A stretch of 64,000 nucleotides of DNA from an uncultured Mucispirillum sp. (GCA_944324465.1 CALUWI010000001.1:33023-97022); one strand, 5' to 3'; shown: positions 39,556 to 53,229, counted from the first letter of the stretch. The notes: generated by a model from the sequence alone, not told the origin. Made by a program: numbers and translations.

Positions 39556-41553
39556 ATGAAAATCACACTGAAAGTGAAAATTTTTGCTATTATTATCTTA
39601 TTAATTACTATGGCTTTAATCATGGGGCTCTTTGCTTTTCTTTCTATGAAAAATGCAGCAAACACAACTGAAGATATGAGCCAGAAATATATGCATGTAT
39701 ATACGCTCAATACTACTATTGGTTTAAATGCCATGGATTTTAGAAGGTTCTTCTATATTATTCAAAGAACTCCTAACAATGCTAATCTGGAAATTATTAC
39801 TAATATTGGTAATAAAACTACTGGCGCTATGTCACAAATGCATACATTTATGCAGGATGAAACAAATAAAAACTTAATGCCTGATGTAGCTGCGATTGTT
39901 CCAGAATTTAATACAGCAGTAAATACATATATTTCTACTGCAGTAAATCAGCTTACTTTAAGAGTGCAGAATGCTCCAAAAGAAGATGAATTTATTAAAA
40001 ATATTGATAATTTTATTAAAGAATCAGATAATTTTAGAGATACTGTTAGGAAAATGATAAATAATGCAGAAACTCCAGAAGAAGCTATCAGATATTTTAG
40101 AAACTATGACAGAATATCTAATATCAGCATAGATATGGGAACTGTTAAAGATGATTTTTCTAATGCTGTAGCTTTAAACAGTTTAAAAGAGTTACTTCAT
40201 ATAGAAGCACTGCTGAAAAATATAAATAATAACCTTAATAACATTAGAGATAACTTAAATAATAGGAATTTAATCAATAATGTTACAGCAATGATTAATT
40301 CTTCAGAAAAACTGCTTAATAACTATAATTACTTAAAAGAAGTTTATACTAAAATGCAGGATATTGCTGTAAGCAGGGCTGCTTCTTTAAAAACTATGGA
40401 AGAAATGATTGATAAAGTAAGACAAGTAGTTAATACAATGACAAAAACTACTTCTGAAGATTCAATCAATTCTATATTAAAAGCAAATATAGTTATTTTT
40501 GTTCTGCTTATATTAATGATTGCAACAGCAGTATTTTCTCTCTTGACTGTTCAAAAAACAGTTCTTTCACCAATCAATATGTTTGTAAATACTGCTAAAA
40601 ACTTAACAAGCGGCGATAAAGACTTAACTATCAGACTTGCAACCAAAACTAAAGATGAGCTTGCAGAACTTGCTCTTTATTTTAATACATTTATTGAAAA
40701 TGTGCAGACTATTGTTAAAGAAGTAAAAGAAGCAGCTCAGGATGTTGCTTCAGGTAACAACCAACTGGCAGCTACTATGGAAGAATTTTCTGCCACATTC
40801 AGCTCTCAGGCAGAACAGGTTGATAATATTGTTGTTGATATGAATGTTATTAAAAATAATTCAGAAGAAGCAACTTCAGAAATGAACCAAAACTTACATA
40901 AAATAGATGAAACTACTCAAAGAACAATAGAAGGTCAGCATAAATTAAATAACATTAAAAATACAATGCTTGAAATCAGTGATAATACTAAACAGCTTTC
41001 TAAAACAATAGACAATCTGCTTGAAAGCTCTACTCAGATTGGTGAAATATTAACAGTTATTAATGATATTGCAGACCAGACTAACTTACTTGCATTAAAC
41101 GCAGCTATTGAAGCAGCAAGAGCTGGGGAAGCAGGAAGGGGTTTTGCTGTTGTTGCTGATGAAGTTAGAAAACTTGCAGAAAGAACTACAAAAGCTACAA
41201 GTGAAATAGAAAGCATTATATCATCACTGCAGCATGAATCTGAACAGGCAGCCGTAGCTATGAAATCAGCAGATACAAGCGTTTCAACAGGTGTTGATGT
41301 AATTGAAGAAACTGCCTCATCATTTAATCTTGTTGTTGATGGTGTAAATGATGTTACAAACTCTACTCACACTATGATGACAAGCTTTGAAGAACAATAT
41401 CATACAATACAGGATGTTACAGATAAAACACAGGCAATCGCAAGTGGTATTGAAGAAAGTAATGTAGCAGTAAGTGAGGTAACTGTTACAGTTGACCACC
41501 TGCAGGAAAGAACTGAAAAACTGAAAACATTAGTAGAACAGTTTAAATCATAA
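39556..41553 (+). CDS. Methyl-accepting chemotaxis protein
   Basis: TM, sensor, TM, HAMP ([12 protein letters not shown]), [38 protein letters not shown]; ATG 39556 preferred over TTG 39523. Confidence 0.95.
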   Translation: MKITLKVKIFAIIILLITMALIMGLFAFLSMKNAANTTEDMSQKYMHVYTLNTTIGLNAMDFRRFFYIIQRTPNNANLEIITNIGNKTTGAMSQMHTFMQDETNKNLMPDVAAIVPEFNTAVNTYISTAVNQLTLRVQNAPKEDEFIKNIDNFIKESDNFRDTVRKMINNAETPEEAIRYFRNYDRISNISIDMGTVKDDFSNAVALNSLKELLHIEALLKNINNNLNNIRDNLNNRNLINNVTAMINSSEKLLNNYNYLKEVYTKMQDIAVSRAASLKTMEEMIDKVRQVVNTMTKTTSEDSINSILKANIVIFVLLILMIATAVFSLLTVQKTVLSPINMFVNTAKNLTSGDKDLTIRLATKTKDELAELALYFNTFIENVQTIVKEVKEAAQDVASGNNQLAATMEEFSATFSSQAEQVDNIVVDMNVIKNNSEEATSEMNQNLHKIDETTQRTIEGQHKLNNIKNTMLEISDNTKQLSKTIDNLLESSTQIGEILTVINDIADQTNLLALNAAIEAARAGEAGRGFAVVADEVRKLAERTTKATSEIESIISSLQHESEQAAVAMKSADTSVSTGVDVIEETASSFNLVVDGVNDVTNSTHTMMTSFEEQYHTIQDVTDKTQAIASGIEESNVAVSEVTVTVDHLQERTEKLKTLVEQFKS

Positions 41554-41576
41554 TCATCTTTATAATACATATTTTT

Positions 41577-41613
41577 AAAACTCCATGCTTTATATAAAAC
41601 ATGGAGTTTTTTT
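41577..41613 (+). terminator. Rho-independent terminator after the MCP gene
   Basis: aaaactccatg / catggagtttt followed by a T run. Confidence 0.8.
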
Positions 41614-41658
41614 ATATTTTGCTTTACAAAATTACAGATTAAACATATTAATATTACT

Positions 41659-43950
41659 ATGAATAAGAAAAATTTATATAAAAATAATTATGATAAACTG
41701 GATATTTTAGATAAGCAGAATATATTAAATGAAATTGCAGCCCATTATGGTTTTACAGTAAAAAAATATGCTGAATTTGAAAAAAACGGCATAAGCCTTT
41801 ATACTGCTGTTTTTGATGATAAGGGCACAGAATTTGTATTTATCCCTGGTGCAAAAAATATATCTCTTGGCTGGAAAGCTGCCCTTTGCTCAAAAAAAGA
41901 AGATGCTTTTTTAATGGAGCAGATAAAAGATATTTTTCTTGATTACTTTCTTATGCCTGATAACAATTCAGATATTGTAAATATTAATAACAGGCAGCAG
42001 CTGCAGAAATTATTAGATAAAGAAGACTATAAACAGGCAGACATTCTTTTATCTAAAATGGTATATGATTTTATAGACGAGCATACTTCATTTTTAAGAC
42101 GAATTGATGTTGAGCCTATGCTTATGGAAAGAAAAAGCAACAGTATAAACTGGGTTTTTGTAAAAGAAATATCATCAAAAACAATTGCTGACAGCCCTAC
42201 ATATTTTAAAATATATCAGGAAATTATCAAAAGCAGTAAATCATTTATAATTAAGCAGAATATATCCAAATCAGGCACTAAAAAAATACAGAAATTTGAA
42301 ATAACTGAACATGGTTTAAATGTATATAAATATATAGATATGCCTTATGAAGAAATTCTTTTTAATTATACTTCAGAGGGATATTCTATACCAAACAGAA
42401 ACCAGTGGGAATATGCAGCTTCCGGTGGCTGTTCATTATTTCTGCAGAATAATGATATTTTACTTAATAAACACAGCAGCCTTCCTAATGCCTTTGGACT
42501 TTATATTGCTGATAATATTTATAAACCAGAAATAATCTCTGATGATAAATATACATATAAGGCTGGGGATAACGGCTACTTTCAAAAATATATCTCAAAA
42601 AAACTAAGCAGTTTTTCATTAAACCCTTTTTACAATGTTACTTCTAATTTTTTTGAATATACTGATAATAATGGACTGTATGCCAGAAAAGTCATTACTG
42701 TTGATTTGAAAAAACAGTTTAAGCCAGAAATTACTAAAAAAAATCTTAATAAATACATTACTGAAAATATGTCAGAAAATAACTTTGATAATATAATTTA
42801 TGCAGTAAACTCTGTAAAAAATCCTGATATATCTTTTAAAAATGTATTAAAAATAATAAATATTTACCATTCAAAAGGCTTTATTAATAAGGCTTATGAG
42901 CTGGTGGAAAAATATATTAATGAAGGCCAGAATAATCCAGAATTTTTATATCTGGCAGGTTTTACCGTTTTTAGATTACAGGATTATGAAAAAAGTGAAT
43001 ACCTGCTTAAACGGGCAGTTTTTTTGCGAAGAAATATGCCTGAATGTTATCAGCTTCTTTCATATATTTATCAAAAACAAAATAATAGAGAAGAAATGGA
43101 AAAAGCTCTGCATAATCTTTATGTTTTAGCTCCAGATGTGGCAGAAAGTATGATACATATTCTTATGCCAAACGGTGCAGCATTATATGATATGGATTAT
43201 GAAGACTTATGGGGCAGGCTTGTTTTAAGCCTTACTAAACAAGATAAAGAAAAGGTAAACTTATACACTATTACAAGTGAAGTAATACTGCTTGATTCTA
43301 CTATAAAGCTGATTATACATAAAGGTGTTGCCCATTATATTAAGTACATTAAGCCTACAGGCAGTAAATATTTAATGGAAATTTTTGATAAAATAGAAAA
43401 CTCATCATATATCAAAGATGAAACTTATTTATCTAAAAACGACTATAATCAGGCACTGGAAGAATTTAATGCCTGCAAAAATATTATTTATGAAGCTGAA
43501 AATATTACTGATTTAAAGGCAAATAAAGATTATCTGCAGGATTTAACTAACAATTTTTTTGATTATTTTCCAGCACTTATGAGCCTTGCTTATATTCATT
43601 ACAGCAACTGCAGACTTTTTGAAGCAGAAAAATTATTTGATGAAAACTATGCTCTTTGTGCCACTTTATATAAATCAAAAGAAATACCTATACAAATAGC
43701 TGATAAAATAAGAGTTCTGCTTGAAAACTTTATACTTTCTATCACCATGAATATTCTATCATATGGTCAAATTCAGCACTCCATTGATAATATTATAGAA
43801 GAAGTTAATAATATTAAAGAAGACTATTCTCCAAAAATAAATCAGGGAATTTTAGCAATAGAATTAAGTGTAACAAAAGATATTAAGTATATTTTAAACT
43901 GGTTTAATATAAATATAGAATTAAAAGATGCAATGCGAAAAAATAATTAA
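41659..43950 (+). CDS. Hypothetical protein: FGE/SUMF1-like N-terminal domain plus TPR repeats
   Basis: FVFIPG..ISLGW, IPNRNQWEYAASGG, PNAFGL; TPR-like NPEFLYLAG..YEKSEYLLKRAV. Confidence 0.6.
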   Translation: MNKKNLYKNNYDKLDILDKQNILNEIAAHYGFTVKKYAEFEKNGISLYTAVFDDKGTEFVFIPGAKNISLGWKAALCSKKEDAFLMEQIKDIFLDYFLMPDNNSDIVNINNRQQLQKLLDKEDYKQADILLSKMVYDFIDEHTSFLRRIDVEPMLMERKSNSINWVFVKEISSKTIADSPTYFKIYQEIIKSSKSFIIKQNISKSGTKKIQKFEITEHGLNVYKYIDMPYEEILFNYTSEGYSIPNRNQWEYAASGGCSLFLQNNDILLNKHSSLPNAFGLYIADNIYKPEIISDDKYTYKAGDNGYFQKYISKKLSSFSLNPFYNVTSNFFEYTDNNGLYARKVITVDLKKQFKPEITKKNLNKYITENMSENNFDNIIYAVNSVKNPDISFKNVLKIINIYHSKGFINKAYELVEKYINEGQNNPEFLYLAGFTVFRLQDYEKSEYLLKRAVFLRRNMPECYQLLSYIYQKQNNREEMEKALHNLYVLAPDVAESMIHILMPNGAALYDMDYEDLWGRLVLSLTKQDKEKVNLYTITSEVILLDSTIKLIIHKGVAHYIKYIKPTGSKYLMEIFDKIENSSYIKDETYLSKNDYNQALEEFNACKNIIYEAENITDLKANKDYLQDLTNNFFDYFPALMSLAYIHYSNCRLFEAEKLFDENYALCATLYKSKEIPIQIADKIRVLLENFILSITMNILSYGQIQHSIDNIIEEVNNIKEDYSPKINQGILAIELSVTKDIKYILNWFNINIELKDAMRKNN

Positions 43951-44008
43951 AAATATTCTTGATAAATTTATATATTCAAGCTACTATTTTTCTTCTGCGA
44001 GGTGAAAA

Positions 44009-45229
44009 ATGAAAGAAAAAAAATCAGATTATTTGCTTATAAAAATTATTGCAGCTGTTATTCTTGGTATAGTAATTGGATTTATTATTAAATCTACAAG
44101 CGGAGTATCTGAGGATGGCAGTATGTCTACTCAGCATGTTCTGATGAATATTGTTTTACCAATTAAACATATTCTAGGACAGGTAATATTTTTTATGGTG
44201 CCCCTTATTATTATAGGCTTTGTAACACCAGCAATTACAGGCATAAAAAATAATACAAGCAAAATGCTTGGTACAATGCTTTTACTTGCATATTTATCAT
44301 CAGTTCTTGCGGCTGCATTTTCTATGGTGGCAGGCTATCTTATAATACCACACTTAAATATAGAACAAAGCGTTACAAATATAGAGCTTCCTGAAATGAT
44401 ATTTAAGTTAGATATTGAACCGATGTTTCCAGTTATTACTGCCCTTTTCTTCTCAATAACTTTTGGTCTTGCAGTAATATATACAAACTCTACTTTACTT
44501 GAAAAAATGTTTAATGAGCTTAATAATGTAGTAATGCTGCTTGTAAATAAACTGATTATTCCTATACTTCCATTTTTTATATGTGCAACATTTATAGAGC
44601 TTACATATCTTGGCAAAATAACTGACCAGCTTCCTACATTTATATCTATGGTAGTATTAGTTTTAATTGGTCATGTTATCTGGCTTGCACTTTTATATAC
44701 TATTGGTGGCTTAATATCTGGTAAATCACCATTTAGAGTACTTAAACACTATGCTCCTGCATATTTAACTGCAGCTGGCACAATGTCTAGTGCTGCAACA
44801 CTTCCAGTTGCATTAAAATGTGCAGGCAAATCTGATGCTCTTGATAAAGATGTAGTAGATTTTGCAATTCCTATGGGTGCTACTATCCACTTATGCGGTT
44901 CAGTTTTAACTGAAACATTTTTTGTAATGGGTATAAGCTATATTCTTTACGGCTCACTGCCAGACCTTACTACAATGCTTGTATTCATCGTACTTTTAGG
45001 TATATTTGCTGTTGGTGCTCCTGGCGTTCCTGGTGGTACAGTGGCAGCATCTATTGGTATCATTACATCAGTATTAGGCTTTGATGCAACAGGTGTTGGC
45101 TTAGTAATGGCAATATTTGCTCTGCAGGACAGCTTTGGAACAGCATGTAATGTAACAGGCGATGGTGCACTTGCACTTATGCTGCAGGGAATATTTAAAA
45201 AAAATAAAGAGAATACTGTAAATGTATAA
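44009..45229 (+). CDS. Dicarboxylate/amino acid:cation symporter (DAACS, SstT-like)
   Basis: TMSSAATLPV, IPMGATIHLCG, APGVPGG, QDSFGTACNVTGDGAL. Confidence 0.92.
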   Translation: MKEKKSDYLLIKIIAAVILGIVIGFIIKSTSGVSEDGSMSTQHVLMNIVLPIKHILGQVIFFMVPLIIIGFVTPAITGIKNNTSKMLGTMLLLAYLSSVLAAAFSMVAGYLIIPHLNIEQSVTNIELPEMIFKLDIEPMFPVITALFFSITFGLAVIYTNSTLLEKMFNELNNVVMLLVNKLIIPILPFFICATFIELTYLGKITDQLPTFISMVVLVLIGHVIWLALLYTIGGLISGKSPFRVLKHYAPAYLTAAGTMSSAATLPVALKCAGKSDALDKDVVDFAIPMGATIHLCGSVLTETFFVMGISYILYGSLPDLTTMLVFIVLLGIFAVGAPGVPGGTVAASIGIITSVLGFDATGVGLVMAIFALQDSFGTACNVTGDGALALMLQGIFKKNKENTVNV

Positions 45230-46220
45230 ACTTTTTACTGTTATTGCTGTATTTTTTGTCATTTCAAGCTGTATTAATAAAATTAATGATAAAAATACAG
45301 CAGAATATAATATATATTCTGATAACTCAAACTGGCTTAGTCTGCCTGATAATATTACACATAACGCTGATGTATTTTATATATATCCAACAGTATGTGC
45401 AAGTGATACATCTAATATCTGCCCTGTAGATGATATACAAATGCAAAAATCTGCTCAAAGAGTAATAAAATTACAGGCTGCAGCTTTCAGTAAATATGCA
45501 AATATATTTGCACCATATTATACTCAGTATGATATTGAAGCTATTGAATATTCTAACTATAATGATATACAGAAAATTATGAAACAAAATATTCAAGGTA
45601 TAAATGAGATATATGCAGCATTAGATTATTACTTCAAAAACTATAATAATGGCAGACCATTTATACTTGTAAGCCACTCTCAAGGTTCAGCTTTAATGCA
45701 GTATGTATTAAGTGATTATATGAAAAACCATAAAGAATATTATAAAAATATGGTGGCAGCTTATGTGATAGGCTACCCTGTTACAAAAGAATTTATGGCA
45801 GCAAACCCCCATTTAAAATTTGCAGAAAATGCAGAAGATACTGGTGTTGTTATAGCTTTTGAAGTGCAGTCTCCAAATAAAGCTGGTATTGATGCATTAT
45901 ATACTGATAACAGGCTTGTAATTAACCCTGTTAACTGGAAAAGAGATGAAACTTATGCTGCAAAAGAAGAAAATCTTGGCTCTTTAGACCAGAAAACTTT
46001 AGAAATTACAACTCCAGGTATAGCAGATGCTAAAATAGACTTAAAAAAAGGTGTAGTTATATGCTCTACAATAGATGAGAAAAAATACCAGATACCTATA
46101 CCTTCTGTTTTTGGAACAGGCTCTTACCATGGGCAAACATTCCAGCTTTACTATGTAAATTTAGGGGAAAATGCAAAGCAGAGAATAGATAATTTTATTA
46201 ATAATAAAAAAATTAAATAA
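45222..46220 (+). CDS. DUF3089 family alpha/beta-hydrolase lipoprotein
   Basis: Lipobox ISSC, ADVFYIYPT, FAPYYTQ, GRPFILVSHSQGS, YH near the C-terminus. Confidence 0.85.
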   Translation: MYKLFTVIAVFFVISSCINKINDKNTAEYNIYSDNSNWLSLPDNITHNADVFYIYPTVCASDTSNICPVDDIQMQKSAQRVIKLQAAAFSKYANIFAPYYTQYDIEAIEYSNYNDIQKIMKQNIQGINEIYAALDYYFKNYNNGRPFILVSHSQGSALMQYVLSDYMKNHKEYYKNMVAAYVIGYPVTKEFMAANPHLKFAENAEDTGVVIAFEVQSPNKAGIDALYTDNRLVINPVNWKRDETYAAKEENLGSLDQKTLEITTPGIADAKIDLKKGVVICSTIDEKKYQIPIPSVFGTGSYHGQTFQLYYVNLGENAKQRIDNFINNKKIK

Positions 46221-46276
46221 ATTTATTATATTCTATTGACAAAATATTTTTTTTAATATATATAAATATCTCTAAC

Positions 46277-46359
46277 GCCGAAGTGGTGGAATTGGTAGAC
46301 ACGCCATCTTGAGGGGGTGGTGGGGCTTCCTCGTGCGGGTTCAAGTCCCGCCTTCGGCA
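46277..46359 (+). tRNA. tRNA-Leu (anticodon GAG)
   Basis: GCCGAAG acceptor stem pairing with CTTCGGC, D arm GGAATTGGTAGAC, anticodon loop TTGAGGG, long variable arm, GGTTCAAGTCC; CCA not encoded; TTGACA at 46236 upstream. Confidence 0.97.
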
Positions 46360-46366
46360 TACTATC

Positions 46367-46395
46367 AGGCAAAGCTCACAGGTTTTGCCTTTTTT
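46367..46395 (+). terminator. Terminator after tRNA-Leu
   Basis: aggcaaag / ttttgcct followed by a T run. Confidence 0.7.
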
Positions 46396-46452
46396 GTTAT
46401 ATATAAACTTTCACTTAATCTATTTATTTTATGATACAGAATAATATACTTT

Positions 46453-47190
46453 ATGAAAAATGCTGTAAACCGCGAAAAATACTATAAAATCTCTATATAC
46501 AGAATCTTATTTTTAATATTTTTATTCTCGCTTTCTATATGCCTTGTATCTGAAGCAAAAACTGTTGATTATTACTATTTAAATCAAGCAGAAGCACAGA
46601 GAAAAGTTGATGAATGTAAAAAATGGGAAAAAAATTTAAGCAATAAAGAAAAAAATTTAATTATGACAGCAATGTTTTCAGGTAATACTGCAGGGCTTTC
46701 AAAAAATACTATTAATATGCTTAATGAGTGTGAAACAGCAGAAAAAAGTATTAGTGCAAAATCATTTGTAAAATCAGTAGAATATTATAATACTCATTTA
46801 AAAGATGCTATGGAATATATTCACTTATGCAAAAATGATAATTCTTTACCAGCAGATGAAAAAGAACAATGCAGTAATGCTGTAAAAGCAGTAAAAGACT
46901 GTATTAATGGAGATATACCTGTACAGTCTTATGATAAAATCAGCCTTTTTCTTGGTTTAACAACTAGAACAGTAACTGAATTTGAGCAAAAACCAGAAGA
47001 AGCAAAAGCATTATTTAAAACATGCATTAATGCTGACGGCAGTCTTAAATCAAAAGAAGAACTGCAGAAAATAGATACTTTTAGATATGAAGAATGTTTA
47101 AATGCTGATAAAGCTATTAATAAAAACTGGATAGGAAGTAAAGATTTACGAGAAAAATTAATACAGTTTGTAAAAGATAATCAATTATAA
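46453..47190 (+). CDS. Exported protein with three tandem EexN/entry-exclusion-like Cys-paired repeats
   Basis: Signal peptide, then KTVDYYYLNQAEAQRKVDEC..ECETAEK; KSVEYYNTHLKDAMEYIHLC..QCSNAVK; RTVTEFEQKPEEAKALFKTC..ECLNADK. Confidence 0.55.
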   Translation: MKNAVNREKYYKISIYRILFLIFLFSLSICLVSEAKTVDYYYLNQAEAQRKVDECKKWEKNLSNKEKNLIMTAMFSGNTAGLSKNTINMLNECETAEKSISAKSFVKSVEYYNTHLKDAMEYIHLCKNDNSLPADEKEQCSNAVKAVKDCINGDIPVQSYDKISLFLGLTTRTVTEFEQKPEEAKALFKTCINADGSLKSKEELQKIDTFRYEECLNADKAINKNWIGSKDLREKLIQFVKDNQL

Positions 47191-47199
47191 AAATATTTA

Positions 47200-47365
47200 A
47201 ACCTTATTAAATTTTGTATAAGTGCTTAATTTTCCTATTTAATATCAAATCTATTTAAAGCAGGCTTCCAGTTTCTGATAGGCATAGTCCATTTGTTAGA
47301 AGCCTGTTTTATAGCTAAAAAGACAGCTTTAAAAGAAGTCTGTTCATCATGAAAGATTCTGTGAA
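47200..47365 (-). mobile_element. IS256-family transposase 3' remnant with probable right end
   Basis: Minus strand encodes RIFHDEQTSFKAVFLAIKQASNKWTMPIRNWKPALNRFDIK*, matching the IS256 C-terminal KWTMPIRNW motif; followed by ttatacaaaatt. Confidence 0.85.
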
Positions 47366-47515
47366 AATATTTTTATTTGGGTTATATGTATAAATTATAA
47401 TATATAATTTTTAAAAGCCTGCATGATATAAATTTCAAATAAAATTTAGCTTAAACAGGATTTATTCTTATAAAATAAAGCTGTATATTATATTATTCAA
47501 AAATTGCTGTTTTCA

Positions 47516-48274
47516 CTACTCATCATCTTTTATAATAAAAGTATTTCTATTTCCTTGAATTTTTTCTATTCGTTTTGCCCGCTCTATTTCCCATTCATCA
47601 ATCTTATCCTGCTTGTCCCACACTTCAAAAAGTTTACGCTGTTTATCTGAAATTGGCACATTATATGTTTTTTCCATATAAAAATAAGTTCTTGCAATAT
47701 CTCCCCTTATATCTTCCTTAGGCTCTGCTGCTTTATCTTTTACTTCAAAATCACATGCTCCATACTCTCTTTCTTCTCCATCAATTGTACCATAGCGAAA
47801 GTTATTTCTATCAGCATTTAATTCACCTACTGCAGGGTATAAGTTATACATATCTGCTTCCATTGCCTTAAATACATTATCTATTTTTTCACAGCATTTT
47901 CTCCCTTTGTATCTGTTTCCTTTGCTATTTATACATAATTCTTCACGCCAGCATTTGCGGGTATGACCAAAAGCCCAGGCAGGCACTACATGCTCCCATT
48001 CTATATATCTGCCTCTGTTTATATTTTTACGGGGAATATAGCCGCAGCTTTCTTCGTTTACTATAGCTTTTATACTTTTATCTACAAGTTCATAGCTGTA
48101 CTCACAGCCGCAGTAAAAACTGTACTGATAATCATAATACACCTGCTGCATAAGTTTCTTACTTTTTGAAAAAGATGTATTATTATGGGGTATAGTAACA
48201 TTATCATCACTAAAAGAATGTAATGCAGGAAAAAAGACAAAAAGTATTATTAAAAATAATTTTTTCATATTCAT
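47516..48274 (-). CDS. endA: Endonuclease I family periplasmic/extracellular DNase
   Basis: Signal peptide, YSFYCGC, IEWEHVVPA, EADMYNLYPAVGELNADRNNF, RGDIARTYFYM. Confidence 0.92.
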   Translation of the reverse strand: MNMKKLFLIILFVFFPALHSFSDDNVTIPHNNTSFSKSKKLMQQVYYDYQYSFYCGCEYSYELVDKSIKAIVNEESCGYIPRKNINRGRYIEWEHVVPAWAFGHTRKCWREELCINSKGNRYKGRKCCEKIDNVFKAMEADMYNLYPAVGELNADRNNFRYGTIDGEEREYGACDFEVKDKAAEPKEDIRGDIARTYFYMEKTYNVPISDKQRKLFEVWDKQDKIDEWEIERAKRIEKIQGNRNTFIIKDDE

Positions 48275-48410
48275 ATTTAATAATAAATCAGCATAACGAC
48301 ATTAGGTATCGCTTATATTAAATAAGTATAAAATACTTAAATATAAAAGTAATAGTTTTGAAAATAAATTCAAGATTAAAATTAGAATATTTGTTGATTA
48401 ATATAAAAAT

Positions 48411-48439
48411 ACCCTGTTTGTATATTTTACAAACAGGGT
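48411..48439 (-). terminator. Terminator downstream of ligA
   Basis: 12-bp IR accctgtttgta / tacaaacagggt with T run on the minus strand. Confidence 0.75.
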
Positions 48440-48478
48440 TAACATAAATAAAATATTTTAAGAGTTTTTTTATCTATT

Positions 48479-51651
<3,173 letters not shown>

Positions 51652-51855
51652 ATATCATTATCCTTATATTTTATTTAGTTTAGTGGCTTAATATAACATA
51701 ATTTATGTTTTATTCAAGGATATATTTATATTGCAGCCCTTTATACATAATCTCTGCACAAATATAAAAATAATTTATTACAATGCCATATATTGTCGCA
51801 AGTATATTTTATATTTATTTTTACAATAATAATTTTATAAAATGTAAAATAATAC

Positions 51856-51882
51856 TTGACAAATCCCCCCCCCATGTATAAT
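51856..51882 (+). promoter_or_regulatory. Consensus sigma70 promoter with C9 tract in a 15-bp spacer (candidate phase-variable promoter)
   Basis: TTGACA 51856-61, aatCCCCCCCCCatg, TATAAT 51877-82; AAGGAG RBS at 51901. Confidence 0.85.
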
Positions 51883-51912
51883 TGAGCACATTTTATAAAA
51901 AAGGAGAATTTT

Positions 51913-53202
51913 ATGAAAAAACTGAAAAACTTAACTTTTGCATGTCTGCTTATTTTAGGCTTAGCTGCATGTGCTGATGATAACAAATCATCAAATAATC
52001 CGCCTGTAATTGATAATACAGAAACTGTTACATTAGAATTTACTGGTAAAATCGGTGAAGGAACAGAAAACACTATTACTTTTACTAACCCACATGCTGT
52101 GGAAGCAGACCTTGAAGTATACATTAATCCTACAGACAGCACTATTAAAATTGATACTGTAAGTTCAACATGTGATAATATAGTAAATAATTATAACAGT
52201 TACAATGTTACTTCTAAATTAGCAGCTGGAGAGTCATGCGAAGTTAAATATACTTATACTCCAACTAACTTAGATACTGCATTATTAAAATTAAATGTAG
52301 ATTATTTCAAATCTATGGCAGCAATATGCCCAACACCAGATACTGTTCCTTCCTACGAGCAAGTTATGACAAGAAATAAATATGTAGACATGTATATTTA
52401 TAACTATGCAGTAGACAGTAACGGTAATAAATCACCAGAACACATTAATATTGAAATACCTGTTGAATGGTCTGTAACAGGCACTAATGCTGCTTCTTTA
52501 AATGCAGTTTCTCATACTTCCTCTTTTGACCTGTCTGCAAAACAAGGCAAATATTATATTAGTGGTATTTATGGTGCTTCAATACAGTCTAATAATGACA
52601 ACTGCACTATCACAGGTAATATGCTTAATGTAAAAGGCAGTAACAGCTGCTCTTTAACTGTTACAGCAACAGCAAACTATGTTTCACCTATTAAAATCAG
52701 TCCTGCAAATTTAGCAAATCCTTACTACAATATAAATGTAGAAATTAATGAAAAATATACTTACAGCTTATTAGAGCCTAATAGTATGTATGTTCCAACA
52801 TTTAGACCTGAATATATTGCAACTAATTTAAGTGGAGATACTTATATTTATGCAGGTGTACTGAGCAATAATGAAAAAATCACAAGTTATGAAATAACTG
52901 GCACAAATAAAGATAAATTTAAAGTTGTACCAACAAAACATAATGGCTGCACAGTAGTAACAAATAAAGAAATATCAATACCAGAAGGACAGGATAACTG
53001 CTTTTACACTGTTGAATTAACAGATATTTCTAAAACTGCAGAATATACTGCCGTATTAAATACAACATTAAGCGATGGTGCAACTCAAGTATATAATATT
53101 AATGGCACAGTAAGCCTGTTTACAATAGAAGAGGCTTTATCAAATTACTGTAAACAATCTTCTCAAAATAAAGAAGATAATAAACAATATAAATTATTCT
53201 AA
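51913..53202 (+). CDS. Surface lipoprotein with Ig-like beta-sandwich domains
   Basis: Lipobox LAAC; Thr/Asn/Ser-rich; LAAGESCEVKYTYTPT resembles ASH/choice-of-anchor D Ig-like domains. Confidence 0.7.
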   Translation: MKKLKNLTFACLLILGLAACADDNKSSNNPPVIDNTETVTLEFTGKIGEGTENTITFTNPHAVEADLEVYINPTDSTIKIDTVSSTCDNIVNNYNSYNVTSKLAAGESCEVKYTYTPTNLDTALLKLNVDYFKSMAAICPTPDTVPSYEQVMTRNKYVDMYIYNYAVDSNGNKSPEHINIEIPVEWSVTGTNAASLNAVSHTSSFDLSAKQGKYYISGIYGASIQSNNDNCTITGNMLNVKGSNSCSLTVTATANYVSPIKISPANLANPYYNINVEINEKYTYSLLEPNSMYVPTFRPEYIATNLSGDTYIYAGVLSNNEKITSYEITGTNKDKFKVVPTKHNGCTVVTNKEISIPEGQDNCFYTVELTDISKTAEYTAVLNTTLSDGATQVYNINGTVSLFTIEEALSNYCKQSSQNKEDNKQYKLF

Positions 53203-53229
53203 TAATTTATATAATCACCTAAACTTATG

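Noticed and set aside
51741-52142. 133-aa minus-strand ORF across the poly-C promoter
   Set aside because: Antisense to the lipoprotein and its promoter; the GGG codons come from the C tract and there is no protein signature.
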